A stretch of DNA of 64,000 bases, from NCBI GenBank assembly GCA_963727455.1, contig CAVSGG010000009.1, positions 352,001 through 416,000 on the forward strand, read 5' to 3'. Positions 22,486-33,406 of the stretch are shown one piece after another. This stretch comes from Candidatus Krumholzibacteriota bacterium (GTDB taxonomy: Bacteria > Krumholzibacteriota > Krumholzibacteriia > JAJRXK01). The first letter of the stretch is position 1. Every line of letters begins with the position of its first letter. The position numbers and the translations under genes were made by a program. Under the pieces are notes generated by a model. That model searched no databases, was not told the origin of the DNA, and worked only from the letters and a program-made list of their open reading frames with translations.

Positions 22486-24663
22486 ATGAAAGCCCACACT
22501 CTCCTACTCCTTTTCGGGTTTGCGCTGTTCGGCGTCACGGCTTCTTCCGCTGCGAATTTGCACCTGATCCTCCGTGACCAGGACAGCGGCGAGGCTGCGG
22601 CTGCCAGGCTACAGGTCTTTTCGCAAGAGGGCGACGCACTGAGTGTTCCCGATCCTTCGCTCCACACCCATCTCGATCTGACGAATCGGCCCTATCTCTA
22701 CGCTGAGGGTGAGCTGACACTCGAACTTCCGCCCGGCGTGTATCGCGTATGCGTGCTGGGCGGTCCGACTCGTATTCCGCGTCAATACACCGTCGATCTC
22801 GCGGGAGACCGTGAACTGATTCTGAGCGTCGGACACTGGATCGATCTTCGCGAATGGGGCTGGATCTCCGCCGACCCACACGTTCACCGTACGCACGCTG
22901 ACGGTTCGAGCGTGTATCCCCTTCCGAGCGTGGAAGAAGTGGGTAAAATGGCGCGGGCGGAGGATCTCGATCTCCTGTATCTCCTGGACAACCACTTCGA
23001 TACGCCGAGTGGAGCGGTCCGCTTCGACCAGAGGGGATCGTTGATCGTATGGGGGGAAGAATTTCGAAGCGGTTTCTGGGGACATGTCGTGGTGCTGGGC
23101 GCGAGAACGCTCGTCACCGTGGACGGGAACCCCTGGGCCAACGGTCCCAGACTTCCCGCCTGGCCCCTCCTGCAGAAGGTTCTTGCAAACGCCAGTCCGC
23201 CGCTGGCGTACATCGCACATCCGCACACCGGAGGAAGCTCGCAATACGTTCTGAGTTGGCCCGACACGGGCGAGGCACGCGAACTGGCTTCGCTCGCCAT
23301 GGGCTCTCAGGTGGCCGGCGTGGCGACGGCGAGTTGGAGCAATGACCCAGCTCGGCGCTGGAACCTGCAGTCGTTGATCGATGGATTGGAGGCCGGTGCA
23401 CACTGGGCGAGCCTCGGCGAGACCGATGCCGTGCTCGACCGGCCCCTCATTCCTCCCGTAGGGTCCCTGCGCACCTATGCTCAGATCGACAATCCGGCTC
23501 AGCCGGCGCACGCCCTACTCGATCGCCAATGGCGGGATGCGGTGGTGGCTCAGCGCTGCTATGCGTCGAACGGTCCCCTACTGCTGGACTACCGTTTGAA
23601 CGATGCCTCCCTCGGCGATCGGCTGCAGCTTTCCAGTGACTCGGCCGTACTGCAACTCCACCTCGTTTCCTGGGCGCCGATCGAACGCGTTACGATTCAT
23701 GGCAGAGCTGGCCGTTGTCAAGACCTACCGTTCGATCCCTCGGACGCGAACGATTTGAGCGTGAGCGCGACGCTTGACTTTCCGCGCGACGACGCGGTCT
23801 TCGTGGAGGCGGTGGCTCAAGGCGGAAGCTGGTTCGCGCCACAGGACAGTCTTCGTCTCGTGAGTTCTCCCATCTACGTGGAGAGAGGCATCCCGGCCGA
23901 GGTGTCGATCGAGATTGCGCGGAGCAGTGCCGACGAGTTGGCTTCCTTCTATCAACAGAGTTTGAAACGGCGTGGCTACCCCACTGCGGCCGACAGCCTG
24001 GCGGCGCGCGAAATCCTGTTGGGCGATGCCGCAAAATGGGAAGCTCTGGCCGACGATCCCCCGGGTGAGTTTCGTCTGCTCTGGCCCGAAGAGGGTCGCG
24101 TCATGGGCGAGAGTGGCTTTCGGATTTCTTGGCAGCACGCCCGGAGCTACGACGGCGAACGAATCCGCTACGTGGTGGAAGTGGATCAATCAGCCGAATT
24201 CGACGCGCCGCAGGTCTATCCGGCGCAAGAAGATACGGTTCTCGACCTTCGCTCACTCGAGCCGGGACAGAAGTACTGGTGGCGGGTCCGCGCGCAAGAG
24301 GACGATGGAGACTCCACCTGGAACCAAGAAGGCCCCCGGAGTTTTCAGCTCGCGCTGCAGGTGGTAGCCGCTCCCGTTGCCACCGGTGCCTTCCTGCGCA
24401 TTTCCCTCTTGGGCAGGACCGCGCGCGGGCTGCGCTTCTCTCTCGAGCTGAGCCGTGCCGCAGAGGTCCGCTTGCGCTTGGTGGACGTCAAAGGACGGGT
24501 CGTGCGGGAGCTAGAGCGACGGGAATTCTCCGCTGGACAGCATGAGATTTCGTGGGACGGCCGGGATGACCGGGGAACTCGGGTCGCGGCCGGGGTGTTC
24601 TGGCTGCTCGCCGAATCCGAGGGAGAGCGCCGCTCCATCTCCGCAGTGCTACTCTCGCGTTGA
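22486..24663 (+). CDS. Secreted CehA/McbA-like PHP-fold metallohydrolase with Fn3 and FlgD/T9SS-like C-terminal domain
   Basis: Signal peptide; GWISADPHVH, GEE..WGH, AHPH, YASNGP; KYWWRVRA; WDGRDDRG..AGVF. Confidence 0.75.
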   Translation: MKAHTLLLLFGFALFGVTASSAANLHLILRDQDSGEAAAARLQVFSQEGDALSVPDPSLHTHLDLTNRPYLYAEGELTLELPPGVYRVCVLGGPTRIPRQYTVDLAGDRELILSVGHWIDLREWGWISADPHVHRTHADGSSVYPLPSVEEVGKMARAEDLDLLYLLDNHFDTPSGAVRFDQRGSLIVWGEEFRSGFWGHVVVLGARTLVTVDGNPWANGPRLPAWPLLQKVLANASPPLAYIAHPHTGGSSQYVLSWPDTGEARELASLAMGSQVAGVATASWSNDPARRWNLQSLIDGLEAGAHWASLGETDAVLDRPLIPPVGSLRTYAQIDNPAQPAHALLDRQWRDAVVAQRCYASNGPLLLDYRLNDASLGDRLQLSSDSAVLQLHLVSWAPIERVTIHGRAGRCQDLPFDPSDANDLSVSATLDFPRDDAVFVEAVAQGGSWFAPQDSLRLVSSPIYVERGIPAEVSIEIARSSADELASFYQQSLKRRGYPTAADSLAAREILLGDAAKWEALADDPPGEFRLLWPEEGRVMGESGFRISWQHARSYDGERIRYVVEVDQSAEFDAPQVYPAQEDTVLDLRSLEPGQKYWWRVRAQEDDGDSTWNQEGPRSFQLALQVVAAPVATGAFLRISLLGRTARGLRFSLELSRAAEVRLRLVDVKGRVVRELERREFSAGQHEISWDGRDDRGTRVAAGVFWLLAESEGERRSISAVLLSR

Positions 24664-26547
24664 CTCGCCCGCGCTGGCGGCGATGAGCTCGTTGATCCGA
24701 CGCGCGAATGCGGCCGGATCCTTGGGTCGGGAGCCCTCGGCAAGTACCGCTTCGTCGTAGAGAAGGCGACCGAAGGCCTCGACGCGCGCATCCGTGCTGT
24801 CGCGCTCGTACAGCGACCTGAGTGCCTGCACCGCGGAGTGCTCGGGATTCAATTCCAGAATCCGCTTGCTCTCGGGTAGCTCCTCATCACGTCCCATCCT
24901 CTCCAGCAGCCGCTCCATGTGCGAACCCAGTGCACCCTCCGCCGCCACCAAACACGCCGCGCTCTCGCGCAACCTCGAGCTGAGGCGCACTTCGGAAACC
25001 TCTTCGATACGGGAATCCAGATACTCAAGGACGGCCTCGTAGCTCTCTTTCGTGAGCTGGGAGATCTCCTCGTCCTTCGTCTCCTCGCGGTCCACTGCGC
25101 GCAGGGGCTTGTCCTTGTAGCTGGGCAGGGAGTGAACCAGGAATTCGTCCACCGGATCGGTCAGAAGCAAGACCTCTTGCCCCTTGGACTTGAAAGACTC
25201 CAGATAGGGCGCGTTTTCTAGCTGGGACCGTTCTTCGCCGATCAGATACCAGATCGCCTCCTGATCCTCCGGCATGCCCGCCACATAGTGTTCCAGCGTG
25301 GTGGTCTCTCCGGCCTGGGTGCGCGTACTCTCGAAGAGCAGAAGCTCGGCCACCGCGTCGTGGTTCTCGAAGTCGCGGGTGATACCCTCTTTCAGAACGG
25401 GTCCCATGCGCTTGAAGAACTTCTCGTACTTGCTGCGATCCTCCGATTTCATTTCGGCCAAGCTCTTCAGAATTCTCTTGGTGAGGTTCTTGCGGATCTT
25501 GTGAACGAGCGCGTTCTCTTGCAGGAGCTCCCGCGAGACGTTCAGCGGCAGGTCCGCGCTGTCGACCACCCCGCGCACGAAACGCAAATACGGTGGGAGC
25601 AGTTCCTGGCAGTCGTCCATGATGAATACGCGCTGAATGTACAGGCTGAGTCCGCCACTGGATTCGCCGAAGAGCTGGTCCCAGGGCGGCGCCTGTGGAA
25701 TGAAGAGAAGCGATTTGAACTCGATGACACCCTCTGCGCTGTAGTGGATGGTCGAGAGGGGATCTTGGAAATCGTGCGCGATCTGTTTGTAGAATTCGGC
25801 GTAGTCGCTCTCGGAGAGTTCTTTGGGCGATCTGAGCCAAATCGCTTTCCCACTGTTGAGCCTCTCCTCTACCGCCTCTTCTTTTCCGTCGGATTCTTTC
25901 GTGATCTCCATTACCACGGGATGTTCGATGAAGTCACTGTACTTGCGAACCAAATCCATGAGCCGATGGTTCTCTAGGTATTCCTGTGCATCCTCCCTCA
26001 GGTGCAGACGAATCTCCGTGCCCACCTCCGGCTTCTCTATGTCCACCAGCGTGAACTCGCCTTCCCCGCGGCTGGTCCACTCCACACCCTGGCTCTCGCC
26101 GGCGCGGCGCGAGGATACCGTAATTTCGTCGGCGACCATGAAGGCCGAATAGAAACCTACCCCGAACTGGCCGATCAGCTCGGGACGATCGGCTGACTTG
26201 GCCTGTTGGAGTTGTTCCAGGAAGGCCCGGGTGCCGCTCTTGGCGATGGTGCCAAGATCCTCCACGATGCTCTCACGGCTCATGCCGATACCATTGTCAC
26301 TCACGCTCAAGGTCTTCGACTCTTTGTCCGCCGAAATGCGGATCTTGAGTTCGCCATGCTCCTCCCGCAGCTGGGGACGGGTCAGAGCTTCGAAACGAAG
26401 CTTGTCCAGAGCATCGCTCGCGTTCGAAATGAGTTCGCGCAGGAAGACCTCGCGGTGACTGTAGAGCGAATGGGTGATGATCTCGAGGACCTGACGCAGG
26501 TCGGCCTTGAACTGGAGGGTCTCTTTGCTGGACTTCGCTTTTGCCAT
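24649..26547 (-). CDS. htpG: Chaperone HtpG (Hsp90)
   Basis: LYSHREVFLRELISNASDA, IGQFGVGFYSAF, DLPLNVSRELLQ, ILELNPEH. Confidence 0.98.
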   Translation of the reverse strand: MAKAKSSKETLQFKADLRQVLEIITHSLYSHREVFLRELISNASDALDKLRFEALTRPQLREEHGELKIRISADKESKTLSVSDNGIGMSRESIVEDLGTIAKSGTRAFLEQLQQAKSADRPELIGQFGVGFYSAFMVADEITVSSRRAGESQGVEWTSRGEGEFTLVDIEKPEVGTEIRLHLREDAQEYLENHRLMDLVRKYSDFIEHPVVMEITKESDGKEEAVEERLNSGKAIWLRSPKELSESDYAEFYKQIAHDFQDPLSTIHYSAEGVIEFKSLLFIPQAPPWDQLFGESSGGLSLYIQRVFIMDDCQELLPPYLRFVRGVVDSADLPLNVSRELLQENALVHKIRKNLTKRILKSLAEMKSEDRSKYEKFFKRMGPVLKEGITRDFENHDAVAELLLFESTRTQAGETTTLEHYVAGMPEDQEAIWYLIGEERSQLENAPYLESFKSKGQEVLLLTDPVDEFLVHSLPSYKDKPLRAVDREETKDEEISQLTKESYEAVLEYLDSRIEEVSEVRLSSRLRESAACLVAAEGALGSHMERLLERMGRDEELPESKRILELNPEHSAVQALRSLYERDSTDARVEAFGRLLYDEAVLAEGSRPKDPAAFARRINELIAASAGESTRE

Positions 26548-26726
26548 CTCATTACACCTCTTGGGCCTTGATCACTCCCTGCATTTGCGCGAGCGTCCTC
26601 TCGACTCGCCTGGCTGCGCGGGGCTCTGCCTTCGCTCTGCGCCAAGACTTTAGAAAACCCCGCCACAGCTCGCAAGCTCGATGTGCGCATTGCCTTTGAC
26701 GGAACAGTCGCTATCATCCCCTGACC

Positions 26727-28087
26727 ATGAACCACCCCTTCGACCAGGAACGGCTGAGCCAGAGACGAATTCTCATCTTCTGGCTACCCCTGGCCGCCAC
26801 CTGGCTGATGATGGCGTTCGAAGGCCCATTCCTCGCGGCCATCATCGCACGGCTCGTGGAGCCGAAATTCAATTTGGCCGCTTACGGGGTCAGCTACGCC
26901 TTCGCGATCATCATCGAGTCGCCGGTGATCATGATCATGAGCGCCGCGACTGCGCTGGCCGCCGATGGACCGAGCTTCCGCCGTCTGAGGCGCTTCACTT
27001 ACCTGCTCAACGGTCTGATCACCGCGTTTCAGATCGTCCTCCTCGCCACTCCCCTCTTCGACTGGGTCACCGGAACCCTGATGAACCTGCCGCTGGAAGT
27101 GCGGCAGCTCACGCGAGTCTCGCTGTGGATCATGCTTCCCTGGCCGGGCGCGATCGGATACCGGCGGCTCTACCAGGGAGTGCTGATTCGCGCAGAGTTT
27201 CACGCGGCGCGTCGCCTACGGCACGGTGGTTCGTCTGCTCAGCATGAGTTCGGTGGCGCTGGTGCTCTTCTGGTTGAGGCCGGTTCCGGGAGCTTACGTG
27301 GGAGCCGCCGCGCTGGCCTGCGGCGTCTGCGCGGAGGCCCTGGCGAGCCGGCTCATGGCGCGAGCAGCGCTTGAGGCGATTGGCGGAGCCGGAGGATTCA
27401 CTTCCGGGTCTCGGATATCTGGAAATCGTCCGTTTCTACCTGCCGCTGGCTCTCACCTCGACGATTTCCCTCGCCGCGCATCCCATGGTGACCTTCTTCA
27501 TGGGACACGCCGCCTACAGTCTCGAGTCGCTCGCGGTTCTTCCGGTGGTGAATTCCCTATCCTTCATCTTCCGCAGCCCCGCGCTCGCCTTTCACGACGT
27601 GGTGATTGCGCTCATGGGCAATCGTTGGCGCCAACTCGTTCCCTTGAAGACCTTCGCGAAGTTACTCGCTCTGGTGAGTCTCTCTCGGTTTCGCACTCAT
27701 CGCCTTCACCCCACTCGCGGAGATTCTGGTTCGGTACCTTGAGCGGGCTCGAACCGGAACTCATCTCCTTTCGCCCTCCCTCCCACGCGAATCCTGGTTC
27801 TCTTTCCGGCCCTTTCGGTTCTTCTCTCGTTCGAGCGCTCCATTCTAGTGTGCGGACGCCGCACTGAACCCATCTCCTGGGCGACCGCGGCCGAGTTGTT
27901 CGCAATCGCGACCGTCCTCTGGCTTTCGATTCACTTGCTCTCGCTGCCCGGTGCCACCTGCGCGGCCATCGCCTATCTCGGGGGACGGATCGTGGGAAAC
28001 CTCACGCTGATCCGACCTGTGCTGCGAATCCTCGCGACCGCCTACTGCGGTCCCCGCAGAGGATTGCTCATGATCATCCGCAGATAG
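26727..28087 (+). CDS. MOP/MATE-superfamily transporter, ANKH-like, frameshifted (3' end uncertain)
   Basis: Two internal halves: FWLPLAATWLMMAFEGP..LAAYGVSY..ESP and FYLPLALTSTISLAAHP..LAVLP. Split over at least 4 frames. Confidence 0.7.
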
Positions 28088-28683
28088 AGCTCGCGGGCGC
28101 GTTCGGTTGCCTTCTGCGAGGCCCAGAATGGCGCATTCTTCAGGAAGATCTGCCTCTGCAATTTCGCGAAATTGAGCGTGGCCATGACGGACGCGCTGTC
28201 TCTCGGCGCGATGGCGGGGAGACGGCCGGACTGCAGAAGCGAGCCGAAGCTCAGGGGAATCGATCCCTCTGAGCCGCGGCGCGGAGGACTCTCGGGGCTT
28301 CACAGCTCGTCGCTGAGCCGATAGCCCCGCGTGGGATCCCAGGCAAAATCGCTCTCGCCCTCTCCCCTCCTCGGGGGTTCCTTGTCCAGCGCTACTTTCT
28401 GCGGGTGCGGGGATGGACGAGCGCGGGCTGCGTTGGCTGGAGTTTGCCAGTCGCGGCGCGCCGGAAAGAAGGCGCGGGTCGATGAGTTGCAGGCTTTTGT
28501 CTTCGGCGAAATAGGGGGCAAGGCTGCGAGCCAAGTTCGCCCTTCACGAGTCTCTCGATGATCGAGAAGGAGCCACATTCGCGGGAGCAGTGCGATCAGC
28601 AAGGTGGCCAAAACGAGCGCGGCGAAGGCCGGCCCGCGGTAGTCGACCCGATGCCGTCTCCATCTGGCAAGAGCGGTGGACAT
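28042..28683 (-). CDS. Hypothetical single-TM protein interrupted by an in-frame TGA at 28300-28302
   Basis: GGAG SD, MSTALARW..TM helix; the same frame stays open for 85 codons after the TGA up to TAG at 28042. Confidence 0.4.
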
Positions 28684-28853
28684 GATCTCTCCGATTCGCG
28701 CGACGACGTCGATTCGAGGATACCAGAGAAGTGATGCGCCCGAAATCGCGCCCCCGGACCAGCGGAGAGCGACGGCCTGTTCTCGACGCGCCTCCCCCAT
28801 CGTTCTACACTGAGGTCTCGAATTCGATCCCCCTTGGACATCGGGAGTCGCGT

Positions 28854-29832
28854 ATGAAACTCCAGCGCGCCGGTGGGATACTCCGCCTCGCACTCTGCCT
28901 CGTTCTCTGCGGCTGTGCGCTGCTCGGCGTCATCGCCTGTGCCACTTCCTATGGAACCAGCGCTGCCAGCAGTGAGGCGCGCCTCGGCGAAGACCAGACC
29001 TACCGGCAGGAAATCGACGCTTGGCATGCCAGACGCGTCGCTCGGCTCCAACGCGAGGACGGTTGGCTTACTCTGGTCGGTCTCTACCCGCTCGTCGAAG
29101 GCGACAATACGGTCGGATCGAGCGCGGACAGCCAAGTGCAACTTCCTCAGAGCGCGCCCGACTCACTCGGCGTCATCCATCGTACTGGTACGAGTTTCAG
29201 CTTCACTCCGAGCGGGAAAGGCACGGTGGAGAGCGCGGGAAATCCGCTTGTGGGTGATATTGCTCTCCTTAGCCGACGTTTCGGAGAATCCCACCGTTCT
29301 GCAAAGCGGCAGCCTCCGCTTCTATCTCATCGATCGGGGCGATGAGTACTTCGTGAGAGTCAAGGACAGCGAGAGCGAAGTACGGCGCAACTTCGCTGGG
29401 ATCGAACGATTTCCGGTAGATTCGAGCTGGCGTATTCGCGCGCAATGGAAGCCCTATGACCCTCCCAAGGCCCTGAAGATCCGCAACGTCTTGGGACAGG
29501 TCTCCAGCGAACCGCTATACGGGGTGGTCGAGTTTTCGCGTGAGGGAAAGACGATCCAGCTGCAAGCAAGCGGTAAACCCAGCGAGGAACTCTTCTTGGT
29601 CTTCGGTGACGCGACGAACGGACTCACCACCTACGGCGGCGGCCGCTTTCTCTATCTCGATCCTCCCAAAGAAGACGGAACCATCATCCTGGATTTCAAC
29701 AAGGCCTATGATCCTCCCTGTGTATTTACTCCCTACGCGACCTGTCCTTTGCCGCCGGAGGGAAACGTTCTCCCCTTCGCGGTCACGGCCGGCGAGAAAA
29801 TGTGGGATGGCGCGCACCACGAGGGCCCCTGA
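28854..29832 (+). CDS. DUF1684 family protein (frameshift near 29265)
   Basis: DGWLTLVGLY / FVRVKD..FGDATNGLTTYGGGRFL..LDFNKAYDPPCVFTPYATCPLPP. Confidence 0.88.
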
Positions 29833-29953
29833 GAATTTCCATCGCGGCTTGACTCCGGTCACAGGGCGCCTCGCTGCGCCGTAGTGAGAATGGACGCGGC
29901 GATGACTACTGTGGTGCCATCGCCTCCCAAGCCCAAGAATCGAAAGGAAGATC

Positions 29954-30394
29954 GTGGATCGAGAATCCCTGGCTGGACGAAGGCTCTGGCTCTCGTGGGC
30001 CGCCCAGATCCTGGCTGCCGCCATTCTGGGGCAGACTCTCTACTTCAAGTTCCGTGGCGCGCCGGAAGCGGTCGCGATCTTCACCCGTCTGGGTGTCGAA
30101 CCATGGGGCCGTATTGCAACCGCAGTGCTGGAGTCGATCGCGGTAATCTTGCTCTTGAGCCCTCGATTGGCTGCAATGGGCGGCGGACTGGCGACTTGCC
30201 TCATGCTAGGCGCAATCCTCTCCCATCTCACAGTCTTGGGAATCAGCGTCGACGCGGATGGCGGTCTGCTGTTCGTCCTGGCTTGGGTGGTTCTCGCCTG
30301 CAGTCTGTCGGTGCTCTGGTTGCGCCGCCGGCAGATTCCCCTGATCGGAGCCCGGCTCCGTCACACGGAGACAGCCACCTCGACGAGAGCCTAG
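29954..30394 (+). CDS. DoxX family membrane protein
   Basis: ILGQTLYFKF..IFTRLGVEPWGRI..GAILSHLTVLGI..DGGLLF. Confidence 0.85.
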   Translation: MDRESLAGRRLWLSWAAQILAAAILGQTLYFKFRGAPEAVAIFTRLGVEPWGRIATAVLESIAVILLLSPRLAAMGGGLATCLMLGAILSHLTVLGISVDADGGLLFVLAWVVLACSLSVLWLRRRQIPLIGARLRHTETATSTRA

Positions 30395-32392
30395 CGAACG
30401 AGCACGAGTGGGGTCGCATGCACTCCCCTCCCGGGTGCGCAGCACCGCATGATATACGCCGCTACCCACCGCGAGGCCACTGCTGTCCGTTCCATCCCAG
30501 CTCGTCTGTGAGCTTCCCGCCGGCTGATAAGCGCTGGCCAAGACTTTGATACGACGTCCGCGCTGATCGACCACCAAAAGTTCGACGTGTTCTCCCCGCG
30601 AGAGAGTGAAGGGAATGACCACTCTGGGATTGAAGGGTTGGGGATGTGCGGGTCCCAAGCTCAGGAGACTGCGCACCGGAGGAGCTTGGGTCGAAGGACC
30701 GGCCGTGAGCACCACGCGCGCCGTCTCTCCATCGTGCGCGAGGTCAAGTACCTGGGTCGCGGGGTCGTAGCGCCAACTTCGATCCAGAGGCGCACCGGGT
30801 GCCGCCGGGTCGATCCATTCGTCGTTCAGGAGTACCCCGTAGGGAGCAGCCGCGAGCTTGAAATGCGCTTCACCCGGCGCGTCCCAAGCGACCAAGATCT
30901 CGCTGGGGGAATACTGCACGGAGGTGGGCTCGGCGTCTTGGTAGGCGATCAGGTGGTTCTCTTCGTTGGGCGCCAATTCGGGCGCCAAGCCGAAAGCCTG
31001 GAGCATGTATTTCACGGTGTTGAAGTTCTGTTCGTACCAGGTCCCCGGGAGAAAGCTCGGGTCGGTCAGTTCGCGGATGGTCGTGAGCATTCGTCCATCC
31101 CCGTCGGGGGGCGCAAACTGACCCTGGCCGTAGGTCAGGGTGTTGAGTGCGCCGATGGCGCGCTGACGCCAGAGGGTGTCATTCGCGGCCGTTCCCGCGG
31201 TCAAAGCATCCAGCCGCAACTGCATCCATGCCCACTGTCCGGTGGCCGAGTAGGTGGAATGCGGCCAGTGATCCCATTCGAGAACTACCGGCGCGTAGGC
31301 GTCGTAACCGTTTTCCATGCTCCAGGGCGCCAGGTAGCGATTGGTCGACCAGTTTATGATCTCGATCGCCTTGTCCAGGTCGCCCGGATCATTGCGGTCG
31401 AGCAGGTACTCCAGAGTTTCTTCGGCGCTGTAGTGATCGAGATCACCGATCATCTCTTCCGGCGGTACGTCCTCGTAGAATCCTTCCCAATACATGTATC
31501 GCGGACTCGTGGGCTCAAGGGGATTGGCAAAGAGCCATGCCATCGCTCTGTCCGCCGCGGCGCCGTAACCGTTTCCGGGATGGTCGGTTTCCAGGGACTG
31601 CAGCAAGCGCACGGCGGGAATCAGATGGCTGGTGTAATCCTGAATCACCAGTCCATCTGAGGGACGCACCCGGAAAGGCCAGCGTCCGTCGTCCTCGACG
31701 CCTCCGCTGAGCTGCGTAGCTACGTAAGTGTCGGCAATCTGCAGCGCGGCATCGAGAAAGTGGGCCTGCCCGGTGATGCGATACAGACGCAAACAACGGA
31801 GGGCTACCATGGCGGGCTTGTCGCTCATGACGGACTCCCCATCGAAGCCCCCACCCATCACCCCATCGGTCTGCGTGGAGTAGGGCCAATTGCCGTACGC
31901 GTCGGAAGCGGGAGTGCGCCGATCGAGCAGCCAGTCCATCATCGTCACTGCCCGATCCAGAGCATCCAGGTCTCCCGAATAGCTCCACCAATCCAGAAAT
32001 GCGTCGACCGCGATGCTGGTGGTGAACGCAGGATAGGAAATACTCAGATAGCCGGGATAACCGTTGACGATGCTCTCAAGATCGTTATCGGGTTGGATGG
32101 AAAAGTGGTAGAAGTACGGCGGTGCGGGCAGTCCGGCGGGATCGTCATCGTAGGTGCGGATGCCTCCGTTCCCCACGTCGCTTTCTAGAAATGTCATCAC
32201 CTCTTCGAGCAGCTGACCGTGAGGCTTGAGGGGCGCCGGAGCCGCTGTTGCCGTTGCGCTCGCGAGGAAGCTCACAGCGCAGACGACGAGGAACCGGCAG
32301 CTCCAAATCCGTGCGCGGGTGGAAGTGAAAAAACTTGCGATGGAACTCCGCCCGCTCGCGGAGCGCGCTCTGAGGGAAGATTCCTTGTCCAT
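30391..32392 (-). CDS. Secreted six-hairpin glycosidase-like protein with FlgD/T9SS-like C-terminal domain
   Basis: Signal peptide; helical repeats LDWWSYSGD and LRLYRITGQAHFLDAA, WPFRV, WEGFYED. Correcting a 1-nt indel near 30412 restores the ending LVLVR* at 30391. Confidence 0.65.
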
Positions 32393-32438
32393 CGGGAGAC
32401 TCCAAGCCGCACCGAGGAGAATGTGAATCCTCAGTATA

Positions 32439-33403
32439 TCAGAAGAAGGAGATGCTGAGGTAGCGTTCCGGATGCTCCTTGATCTTCTGGATGAGAGCGT
32501 GGACCTCTTCCATCGTGCCCAGCATCTCCCGGTAGAGATCGTCCTCTTGGAGCAGGTGGGCCGTGGTGCCCTCCCCGAGCAATTGGCTCATCACAGTATC
32601 GGCTCCCGCCACCGCTCGTCCCATCCCATCCGCCATCTCCCGGTCGGACAACAGGCGGTGCACGAGGCCATCGCCCCCCGTGGCCATGGTGGCGAGCGAA
32701 TCGAAGCGCGAGATGGCAAGTTCCAGTCGCCGCGCCATACTGTCGTCCTTCACCAGGCGACCCAGACTTCCCTTGCCCTGTTTCAATCCGCGGCTGATCT
32801 CGGCCAGGTTCGAGACCGCGTCGTGCAGATTCTGCGCGGTGGCTCGGATCGTTCAGCAACATGGCCAGGGTTCCCTCGCCTCGATCCAACTTGTCGACGG
32901 CCTCGGAGGTCTTCTTGACGATTTCCAAAAAGTTGTCGAGCGCTCCGGCCGCCTTCTGGAAGGTCGCTGGCCAATCGGTGGGGGCCATGATCTTGATCTC
33001 GGCCCCGCGAGGAAGTGGTTTCTCACCTGGTTGTCCCGCGGAGATGTCGATGAAGCGATCTCCGAGTACGCCGACGGTTCGAATGGTCGCAACCGAACTC
33101 TCTGTGATTTGACGTTGCCGTTGCAGGGGAAGTTGTAGAACGAGTTCGATGTTATTGCCGTCTTCGCGATGCGCGAAGCGAATGTCACTGATCTTACCGA
33201 CCTCCAGTCCAGCCAGGGCGACCATGGAGCCCTTGCCGAGCTGCTGCGCGTTTGGAAGGTAACACTTCAGATGGTACTTGCGTTCGAAGAGCCGCGAGTT
33301 GGTTCCCACTACGAACAAAGCGGCGAAGAGCACGGCGGTCGTGGCCAGAAAGAAGACCCCCACCTTCAAATTGCGCCAGCCCTTGAGGTTCCCGTTCCGG
33401 CAT
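32439..33403 (-). CDS. mlaD: MlaD/MCE family protein (frameshifts)
   Basis: KVGVF TM anchor, VALAGLEVGKI, TVGVLGDRFIDI, GEGTLAMLLND / IKEHPERYLSISFF. Confidence 0.85.
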
Positions 33404-33406
33404 GAA

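Noticed and set aside
26548-26726. CIRCE or other heat-shock element upstream of htpG
   Set aside because: No TTAGCACTC-N9-GAGTGCTAA motif is visible.
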